Shown: piece by piece, positions 20,591 to 28,877 of the stretch | Layout of the letters: the number at the start of each line of letters is the position of its first letter | How positions within the stretch are numbered: the first letter of the stretch is position 1 | Virus record (IMG/VR): IMGVR_UViG_3300037520_001064 | Span: 1-64,000 of that record | Length of the DNA: 64,000 bases | Strand: one strand, 5' to 3' | Source: a virus | Translations under genes and position numbers: made by a program | The notes under the pieces: generated by a model | The model's input: the letters and a program-made list of their open reading frames with translations, nothing else | Database searches by the model: none | Told to the model about the DNA's origin: nothing

Positions 20591-21457
20591 ATGTCAAAGA
20601 CTTTAACAATAAAATTAACAATGTCTGGACCAAGTGTTGGACCATTTAATATCAGCGATCAGTTTGGTAATGTTATTGCTATAGATGTACCTAAGAAAAC
20701 ATTAGTTAGAGGAATAAGTTATACAGTGAATGATAATGTTAGTATTATTGTAATTGAATCTACAGGAAAATGTAAGTTTAAAAAGAATTTTTCACTTAGT
20801 ACATTTGATATATTAACATATGCTAATACAGGTTACACTCAAACTACAACAGCTTGTATATGGAGACACTTAACTAACATAAGACTCTACAATACATTCT
20901 ATGGAAACATAGCACCTTATATTATTGAGTATCCTTTTGCATATCAATATCAAGATGAAATCTTACAGAATGTAAAAGATTATACTAAGGCATATGAATA
21001 CTATCCTGTAGAAGATGGTGTGTTTAATGATAACACAAGAATAGAGACAAACGATAAGTGGTTCAATAAAGCTGTTTTATACAATGGACAACAAAGCTCA
21101 GGTATTCTTGAGTTAGTTCCAAAACCAATGCATAACTTAAAAGCTTACATGCAATACCCTATTCTTAATGCTGATAGTAAAACAATCACATATACTAAGA
21201 GTGATAACTTCTATCAGTACAATACATTTTGGGCTGCAGAGAAAAGTTCTCAGATTCCATTATTCAGAACAACTTGTGAATCTCTTTCTATTGATAAAGT
21301 GGTGAACCAAGAGAATATGGACTATGGTCCTAGAAGCTTTAAGAAAGCAACGCTAAGAGCAAAAGAATTAAAGGTGAGACATATATTAGATAACACATCA
21401 ACAACTCATCTAGTGTCTCAATTTATAATAACACCTGCACAAATATCTTACAAGTAA
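20591..21457 (+). CDS. GPF-family N-terminal domain fused to probable C-terminal part of muzzle protein
   Basis: ATG at 20591 is preferred over TTG at 20534. GPSVGPFNISD domain followed by IWRH...FYG...PYIIE and FNKAVLYNGQQSSG. Confidence 0.6.
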   Translation: MSKTLTIKLTMSGPSVGPFNISDQFGNVIAIDVPKKTLVRGISYTVNDNVSIIVIESTGKCKFKKNFSLSTFDILTYANTGYTQTTTACIWRHLTNIRLYNTFYGNIAPYIIEYPFAYQYQDEILQNVKDYTKAYEYYPVEDGVFNDNTRIETNDKWFNKAVLYNGQQSSGILELVPKPMHNLKAYMQYPILNADSKTITYTKSDNFYQYNTFWAAEKSSQIPLFRTTCESLSIDKVVNQENMDYGPRSFKKATLRAKELKVRHILDNTSTTHLVSQFIITPAQISYK

Positions 21458-23946
21458 TGGCTAATTGGTTAGATAAATATGAGCAAGGGGGATTGGTCTT
21501 AAAACAAAAGACCAAAGATAACTATGGTAAAAAGCCTAACCCTAATGATGTAACAGTATCTACAGGTCCTAACTATGTAGGAAGTGGATATGATATACAG
21601 GGTAGAGATTATTCTCCTGCATGGGGAGGAAGATTTCAAATGGGTGGTTCTATTCCAGGAGCTGTAGGATTTACATATGCACGTACACAATCTCCTGCTC
21701 CTAGTAATGGGAAGTATGCTAAGAAGACAAAAGCTAGTGCACAAGATGGTGCAAAATTAGATATGCATGGTTCTCCTATTACAGCTATTGAAAAACATAG
21801 ATATGATATAGATAGAAGTTATTATAATCCAAGAACTAATCAAATGATTCTTGGAGCTGATTATGCTGCATCAGATAATAAAGATAAGATGATTGCACAT
21901 GAAAATTATCATGCTAAACAACACAGTGAAGGTAGAGATAATTTTGACATTGGACATGATACAGAGAATAGACAATGGGCTGAGATGCAAAAGCGTCCAC
22001 AGATGATGTCTACTCCTGAAGTTTGGAATAACTTTTATAATAGAAAAGCTATAGAGTCAGATATGGCCATTAGTAGAATAACAGAAAGATTACCTGAATC
22101 ACAGTTTTTTAGAGATGCTGCAGGTGATATAATATATAATAAAATAGTTGATCCAATACAATATGACATTCCTTATTCTTTTGAAGGAGAAGCACAATTT
22201 TATGAAAATACAGGGAAAGAGTTTAAAAATGGTGGATGGTTAAATAAATATGATGTAGCACAAGATGGTGTTCAAACATGGAAAAAACAACAAGAACTTT
22301 TAAAAAAAGAAAAAGCAGGAAAACTAAAAGCGTTGTTAGAAAACCCTCCAGTTTTTAAAAAGAAAACTTTTGAAGAAAAAGTAAAAGAAAATGTTAAAGA
22401 AAAACCAAGAGCAGTAGTTAAAGAAAGCACTGCTGTAAAAAATTACAACAACGCTGATAAATTTTCTAAAGTTGCAAGAAATAAAACAGACAAAGAAATT
22501 GCTGATGAAAGAAAAGCTATAAGAAAAAAATCTGATGCAAATGTTTTAAATCAATATTCAACAGAAATTTTAAAGGGTGATAACTGGACAAGACAAAATC
22601 TTTCTGATGCTGCATTAGGATTAGAATCTAAGTTTAGAGTTTCTGATGAACCAAACTTTTTTGATGATTATTTGAATCCTTTTAACATGGTTGGGAACAT
22701 GGCATCTAATTTAGGACAAGCTCCTTTACAAGCAGAACAATCAGATTCATATTTACCGTATATAACATCAATTGGAACACCTTTAACTGTTGGTGCTTTA
22801 GGTGGATTAGGAGCAAGTTCAAACGCACAGTTTGTAAATAATTTAACAAATCCTGTAGCAGGACTTAACGTTGGACCAAGATTAAATAATTATTTAATGT
22901 CAAATAATTTTACTAACGAGTTATTGTCTCATGTAAGAAGTCTTGGACCACAAAGTACTAGGTCTTTACTTAATCAAGGTGGTTTTGATTTAGCAAGAAC
23001 AACTCCTAAGTATAAGAAAAAACTATTGCCACAATGGACAAAAATACAATTGGACAATGGATTAATTGAACAAACTCCATTAAGAGAAGGAATTAATAAA
23101 GAAGTTGTTAAACAAGTTGTTGTACCAGGAAAAGGGCAAATATCTTTAAAGACAAACTTAGATGATTTAGGTAATCCTGTTTATTATTTTAGTGCAGATT
23201 TAGCAGAAGGAGGATTATGGGCAGGTAAAGCATTTAAACATCTAGAACAGTTTATACCTAAAGGAGCAAAAATTCTTGAAAATAGATCTTTAAGTACAGA
23301 TAGTTTTTACAATGTAATTCAGAGAGCAAAAAATCCTAAACAATTTACTTGGGTAGATGAAGGACAATTTATACCATTAAATAATGCAGGTACAAATAGA
23401 GTATTTAGTAACAATAATAAAATAGTTCCAGGATCAACAAATGTAAAGTTTGAAGATTACAATGAAGCAGTTAAAGCTTTAAATGAACTTAACTCTAGAA
23501 TAACAATTGAAGGAATGCCTAAAGCAAAACTTTCAAAAATAGTTGATGATTTTCAACCAGTAAAAGATGGTCCATGGATTAAAAAAACCACATTTGGAAT
23601 TGATGTTCCTAATGTTGGATTAATAAAAGAATATAAACAAGGAGGAGTTATTAAAGATGATAGAGGACAGTGGGATCATCCAGGAGAGATAACAGAAATA
23701 AACTCTAACGATATAACTATGGAAGGAGTTCCATATGATGTACTTGGTATATCAGATGAAGGTGATGTTCAACTGATGAAACCAGGAAAGAATTATAAGT
23801 TCAAAGGAAAGAAAGTTACAGAGTTTCCTATGGCTAAGAATGGATTAAGACAAGAACAAAAAAGTTTGCAGAACTTAGATAATCTGACTAACTTTACAAA
23901 CTATAACAAACCACAACCAGGAGGCTGGCTAAACAAATACAACTAA
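21457..23946 (+). CDS. ejected/cargo-type virion protein with HExxH motif and xxGG repeats
   Basis: 829 aa with HENYH at 21898-21912, three WL[DN]KY motifs and multiple [FY]xxGG/AxxG motifs. Confidence 0.55.
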   Translation: MANWLDKYEQGGLVLKQKTKDNYGKKPNPNDVTVSTGPNYVGSGYDIQGRDYSPAWGGRFQMGGSIPGAVGFTYARTQSPAPSNGKYAKKTKASAQDGAKLDMHGSPITAIEKHRYDIDRSYYNPRTNQMILGADYAASDNKDKMIAHENYHAKQHSEGRDNFDIGHDTENRQWAEMQKRPQMMSTPEVWNNFYNRKAIESDMAISRITERLPESQFFRDAAGDIIYNKIVDPIQYDIPYSFEGEAQFYENTGKEFKNGGWLNKYDVAQDGVQTWKKQQELLKKEKAGKLKALLENPPVFKKKTFEEKVKENVKEKPRAVVKESTAVKNYNNADKFSKVARNKTDKEIADERKAIRKKSDANVLNQYSTEILKGDNWTRQNLSDAALGLESKFRVSDEPNFFDDYLNPFNMVGNMASNLGQAPLQAEQSDSYLPYITSIGTPLTVGALGGLGASSNAQFVNNLTNPVAGLNVGPRLNNYLMSNNFTNELLSHVRSLGPQSTRSLLNQGGFDLARTTPKYKKKLLPQWTKIQLDNGLIEQTPLREGINKEVVKQVVVPGKGQISLKTNLDDLGNPVYYFSADLAEGGLWAGKAFKHLEQFIPKGAKILENRSLSTDSFYNVIQRAKNPKQFTWVDEGQFIPLNNAGTNRVFSNNNKIVPGSTNVKFEDYNEAVKALNELNSRITIEGMPKAKLSKIVDDFQPVKDGPWIKKTTFGIDVPNVGLIKEYKQGGVIKDDRGQWDHPGEITEINSNDITMEGVPYDVLGISDEGDVQLMKPGKNYKFKGKKVTEFPMAKNGLRQEQKSLQNLDNLTNFTNYNKPQPGGWLNKYN

Positions 23947-23947
23947 T

Positions 23948-26900
23948 ATGAAAGCACAAATTTTAAAAATCGCAGGAGTAAAATCTGAAAAGGAGTTCTA
24001 TAAGAAGTATCCTTCTGAAGAAGCATTTATGAAAGTTCATGGAAAAGCTTTTAAGAAAGCACAGATAGGAGCTTACATAGGTGGTGATACTATTGCTAAT
24101 CCTAAGATGATTAACTTCAATGCTATGTATGATGAAGCTGATTTAGCAGCTACTGGAATGACTGATGCTATACGAAAAGCAAGAGCTGATCAAGAAGCTG
24201 CTTCTGCTAAAGATAGTGAAGGTGAAGGTGGTGGAATGGGTGGTATGGACATTGGTAGCATCATGAGTATGTTTGGTGGTGGTGAAGGTGAGGATGCTGG
24301 TGTCATGGCTGAGGTTGCTTCTATGGCTGGTGGAAGAGATGGACTACATATTCCAAAAGCAGCTAGTGGAACTAATATGAATGATTGGTGGAGTGGTATG
24401 ACTACTGATACTACCACTACAGTAAAACCAGCATTTGATATTAACAAATGGGGAATTGGTGCTCAGACAATGGGTAAACTTGATAGTCAACCAGCTCCTT
24501 CAAATAAAACTACAGGAACTCCTGTAGATACAAGTAATCCTAACTGGATGAATAAAGATACAAGTGGTGCCCCATATGCTGATTCTAAAATAAATCAAAA
24601 CTATCAAGGATATCAAGGACCTATTGATGAGGGAGAAGATGAAAGTCTCTCAAGTAAACTTGGAGGTTTTACTCAAATGTTAGGACCAATAGGTGGAATC
24701 ATTGAAGGAATAGATGCATTAAGAGGTGAACGAGAAGCAGCAAAAAAAGCTGAACAAGCAAAAGAATTAAGTGCTTTACAATTAAAAGCTTCTACTACTA
24801 GACCAGAACAAAGAGAAAGAAAATATGTACGTCCTGAAGATGTAAGAAATACTGGTGAAGAATTCTTTCCTATATATGGTGTAGGTACAAACGTACTTGC
24901 TAAGGATGGTAGATTTATTAAAAAAGCACAAAATGGTATAGATGAAGTTCCTGAAATAGATCCTGTTTCTACAGATTGGTATGAAGAAGGAATGGATAAA
25001 GATACATACTATGGACTTAAGAAACAACTTGATGATGCTGGATATAAGTCTATAGCAAAACCTGACACTGTGAACATCAAAGAAATGAATGCTATTACTG
25101 AAGCTCAACCAGATCCTAATCAAATGTCTGATGAGCAAGCAGCTGCATTTATGGAAAGATATAATAGAGATCAAGGTAAATCAACAGCAGGGTTTGATTC
25201 TAAATCTGCTAGAGATGTATGGGTTCATAAAACTGGTCTTCCATGGAGTGAGGCTAAGAAGCTTGGTTATACAACAGGATCTGCAAAAGATAATACAAAG
25301 TTATTAAATGAGTTAAATGATCCTAGATTTAAAAAAGAAAATATAAGAACAGCTCCTCCTAAGAAAAGTTCTCAATCACGTACACCTATACAACATAGAG
25401 AAACTCCATCAGGGAAACTTGCTCCTATTAAAACTCCTATGACTCTTGAACAATTATATAAGACTAAAGGATGGGATATGACTAAAAAATATAAAGGTCC
25501 AGAGTTTAAACAAGACACAAGAGGTAGCTATCAAAGAGAACTAGATGCTAAAAGATCTCAAGCAGAATATGATGATTACTTATTAGGAGAATTGCCTTTA
25601 TATTATATGGCTCATCCTAGTAAACTTGTTGGAGATTTAAGAGCATGGCTTAATCCTAACTTCACTCCAGAAAACGAAACTTCTGAACCATTTAGAAAAC
25701 AAGTGATGGCTAATAGATATAATAAAAGTATATCACCTAAAGAAAGAAGTGCTCGTCATAGACAAATGGGATATAAACTTGTTCCTGATGCTGCAGTTAA
25801 TGCTGCTGCAGTTTTATCTGCTACTCCTTATACAACATTTGAAGCAATGCCTATAGGAATAGGACAAGGTGCTGGACCTAGAGCTGCAGGATATATTGGA
25901 CAAGGAGCTGCAAGACTTAATCAAGCAGGACCTAGAATGTTAGGTTATCAAGATGGAGGAATGATTGGTGGTAATCCAACAGAGATACAAAATACTTACG
26001 GTAGTGGTAATTCTTTATTTGATGATCTTGGATATGAACCATTAATTAATTATGATCAACAGAAAGATTATAGACATGGTGGTTATCTTCATAAAATGCA
26101 GGGTGGTGGAACACCAAAAGAAACTGGATGGCAGAGATGGAAGAACTCAATGGCTGGTAAAGGAAGTGGATTCTCTGGATCTATGGCTCCTGGTAGTAAA
26201 GGTGCTGAAGCTGCTGCTGCTGGAGGAGGAGGAACTCCATGGGGAGCTATTGGAAGTACAGCTGGAGGATTAGGACAAACTATAATGGGTGGACAAAATG
26301 CTGGTGGAAGTATTGGTGGAACTGTTGGTGGATCTATAGGAAGTATATTTGGTCCAGTAGGAGGAGCAATTGGAAGCTTTGTTGGACAGATTGCTGGAAA
26401 TGCACTTGATCCATATCAACGAGCAATGAAAAATGATATGGCTAGAACTAAAAGAAATGTTCAAAATATAGCAATGAATCAAATGGCTCCAAGTATACAA
26501 GCTGGATATGCATCACATATGAAAGATGGTGGATGGGTTAGTAATGATTGGCAACCACAAGTGATTGCTACATTTGGTGAACACAAAGTGAAAGACTTAT
26601 TAAGACCTCCTTATGATGCAGACATGTTAAGAGCTGGTGGACATTTAAGAGAATACGCTCCTCCAAGTGCAAGAGCTATGGAAACATATGAAGATGGTGG
26701 AGAAATTACTTCTTATGGTATGGGTGGACAGCTTAAAACTCATTGGGGTGGAGAAGCTGAAACTATGTCATACAATCCTTACTTACCAGGATCTGGTGAG
26801 ACAGTAGTATTTAGAGGACAATCTCATACTGAATCTGATGAAAATGGTCAAACAGGTATTGGTATTACATATGGTGAGAATCCTGTAGAAGTAGAAAGAG

Positions 26901-28765
26901 GAGAACCTATGTTTGAAATGCAATCTGGTGGAGAGGTAAATCCAGAAACAGGAGAACCAGAAAACACTGGTGTGGTATTTGGTAACATGCAAATAGATAA
27001 AAAAATAGCAGGACAAATTGATGATCCAGAACTTATGGAAATAGCAAATAAATATCATGGAAAGAAATTCAAAAATGTAGGAATAGATCTTTCTAAACAA
27101 GAAGCTAAACAAAACAAAATCATTGACAAGAGTACAAATGAGTTAAATAACTTAGAGGTGAATACAGCTTTTGACAAGTTAAAACTTTCTGCATTAAGAG
27201 CAAACCTTGAAGGTGCTAATCTTAAACTTAAAGGTATAGCTGATACTAAAATTGCATTAGCTAATTATCAGAATGCAATCAATGATACTAAAGAAGAAAT
27301 GTCCGATGCTTTCGGACAAAACCTTAGTGCTGAAGATCTTGCTAAAGGATTAATCAGAATAGATAAAGATCCTGTAACAAAAGATGCTAAGTGGGGTGGT
27401 AACATTGTTAAGAAAGCACAAACTGGTATTACTACACCAAAGAAGACTATTGTTCCTAAAAAGACAAAAGAACAATACGAAGCTGAAGGATACAAACTAG
27501 GTGCTGATGGTAAGTATTACTTAACGAAAAAAAGTGTTGCTAAACCTGCAAAAGAAACAAGAGTGGGTGAGGCAATGAAAGAAGTTCCTAAAGGACAAAA
27601 GAAAAAGGCAGATGGAACATGGGGTAATGTAACACCAGAACAATTTGCAAAATTCAAGGAAGAGAATAAAGATTGGTTTGATTTCACAAACTTTAATCCT
27701 AATAATAAAGGTGATGTAGAATACTTCCAAAGAAGATTTAATGAAGAAGCTGCAAAAACTGGAACACCTACAAGAATAACTGTAGATGATGCTCTTGGAG
27801 AACAAACTGTAACTGCAAGAATAAAAGCTGATAAAAAGTTAGAACCAGCTGATGAAGAAATATTAGTAGGAGAAGTTGATGTACCAGATAAAATCACTCC
27901 ACAAAAATCTAGATTCCCTTGGGAGATACCTGTTAACATGGCTTTAGATTATTTAAGACCTACAGATCAAGAAGATTTAGATTACAACCAATTGATGGGT
28001 GAGATGTATGCTTTGTCTACTAATCAATTAGATCCAGTACAAGCTCAGTTATATCGTCCAGAACTTGGTGTTCCTTATGATATATCATATCAAGATATAT
28101 TAAATGAGAACCAAGCTGATTTCAAATCAACACAAAGAATGCTAGGATATAATCCAGCTGCACAAGCTGCATTAGATGCTCAGAAATATCAAGCTAATCA
28201 AAAAGTGCTAGGTGAGCAATTTAGAGCTAACCAAGCAATGAAAGCTGGTGTATATGATCAAAATAGAAATACATTGAATCAAGCTAAGCTTACAAACTTA
28301 GGAATATTAGATAAGCAATATGAAAGACAAGCACAAGCTATGTCTAATACTAAAGCTACTACTCAATCTGCTCTTAATTCTATCTCTGATAAGTATCAAA
28401 GAAATAAACTTGAGAATAGAAAACTTTCTATATACGAGAACATGTACAACTATAGATTTGGTAAGAGTGGTAGAGCTCAGAACTGGAATGGTTTACAATT
28501 CTTTGATACAGATATAACTGGAGCTAGAGCAAGAAAAGATCAAGAGATTCCTGAAGGATATAAAGCTACAGCTTATGATGCAAATGGTAATCCAATAAGA
28601 TTACAAAAAATTACAGAGAAAGAAGATAAAGATGTAGAAGCAGATATGGAAGCATTAGAAGCAGTAGGTAAAACTCCTGGTATTGGTGATGATAGAAAAA
28701 ATGGAGGACCTGTTAAAAAGAACTACAAAAATAGTTCTGTAGTAAAAGCATATAAAAATTTATAA
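23948..28765 (+). CDS. ejected/cargo-type virion protein
   Basis: 1605 aa with a Gly-rich hydrophobic segment (GGTVGGSIGSIFGPVGGAIG), a GQSH...VEVERGE motif and many xxxGG motifs. Confidence 0.6.
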   Translation: MKAQILKIAGVKSEKEFYKKYPSEEAFMKVHGKAFKKAQIGAYIGGDTIANPKMINFNAMYDEADLAATGMTDAIRKARADQEAASAKDSEGEGGGMGGMDIGSIMSMFGGGEGEDAGVMAEVASMAGGRDGLHIPKAASGTNMNDWWSGMTTDTTTTVKPAFDINKWGIGAQTMGKLDSQPAPSNKTTGTPVDTSNPNWMNKDTSGAPYADSKINQNYQGYQGPIDEGEDESLSSKLGGFTQMLGPIGGIIEGIDALRGEREAAKKAEQAKELSALQLKASTTRPEQRERKYVRPEDVRNTGEEFFPIYGVGTNVLAKDGRFIKKAQNGIDEVPEIDPVSTDWYEEGMDKDTYYGLKKQLDDAGYKSIAKPDTVNIKEMNAITEAQPDPNQMSDEQAAAFMERYNRDQGKSTAGFDSKSARDVWVHKTGLPWSEAKKLGYTTGSAKDNTKLLNELNDPRFKKENIRTAPPKKSSQSRTPIQHRETPSGKLAPIKTPMTLEQLYKTKGWDMTKKYKGPEFKQDTRGSYQRELDAKRSQAEYDDYLLGELPLYYMAHPSKLVGDLRAWLNPNFTPENETSEPFRKQVMANRYNKSISPKERSARHRQMGYKLVPDAAVNAAAVLSATPYTTFEAMPIGIGQGAGPRAAGYIGQGAARLNQAGPRMLGYQDGGMIGGNPTEIQNTYGSGNSLFDDLGYEPLINYDQQKDYRHGGYLHKMQGGGTPKETGWQRWKNSMAGKGSGFSGSMAPGSKGAEAAAAGGGGTPWGAIGSTAGGLGQTIMGGQNAGGSIGGTVGGSIGSIFGPVGGAIGSFVGQIAGNALDPYQRAMKNDMARTKRNVQNIAMNQMAPSIQAGYASHMKDGGWVSNDWQPQVIATFGEHKVKDLLRPPYDADMLRAGGHLREYAPPSARAMETYEDGGEITSYGMGGQLKTHWGGEAETMSYNPYLPGSGETVVFRGQSHTESDENGQTGIGITYGENPVEVERGEPMFEMQSGGEVNPETGEPENTGVVFGNMQIDKKIAGQIDDPELMEIANKYHGKKFKNVGIDLSKQEAKQNKIIDKSTNELNNLEVNTAFDKLKLSALRANLEGANLKLKGIADTKIALANYQNAINDTKEEMSDAFGQNLSAEDLAKGLIRIDKDPVTKDAKWGGNIVKKAQTGITTPKKTIVPKKTKEQYEAEGYKLGADGKYYLTKKSVAKPAKETRVGEAMKEVPKGQKKKADGTWGNVTPEQFAKFKEENKDWFDFTNFNPNNKGDVEYFQRRFNEEAAKTGTPTRITVDDALGEQTVTARIKADKKLEPADEEILVGEVDVPDKITPQKSRFPWEIPVNMALDYLRPTDQEDLDYNQLMGEMYALSTNQLDPVQAQLYRPELGVPYDISYQDILNENQADFKSTQRMLGYNPAAQAALDAQKYQANQKVLGEQFRANQAMKAGVYDQNRNTLNQAKLTNLGILDKQYERQAQAMSNTKATTQSALNSISDKYQRNKLENRKLSIYENMYNYRFGKSGRAQNWNGLQFFDTDITGARARKDQEIPEGYKATAYDANGNPIRLQKITEKEDKDVEADMEALEAVGKTPGIGDDRKNGGPVKKNYKNSSVVKAYKNL

Positions 28766-28781
28766 CTATTTTAATTATAAA
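28759..28781. promoter_or_regulatory. palindromic operator-like site, copy 2
   Basis: TTTATAACTATTTTAATTATAAA, identical to 10977-10999 at 22 of 23 positions. Confidence 0.65.
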
Positions 28782-28805
28782 GAATTACCAGAATTGATTA
28801 TTAAT

Positions 28806-28837
28806 TTTGGTAATTCTAATAATTCATATTACATTTG
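28806..28837 (+). promoter_or_regulatory. Bacteroidota-type sigma promoter (-33/-7)
   Basis: TTTG-N20-TACATTTG, an exact consensus match upstream of the ATG at 28878. Confidence 0.75.
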
Positions 28838-28877
28838 TTAATCCTATGTACACAGTACATAAATAAAAATAAAGACT

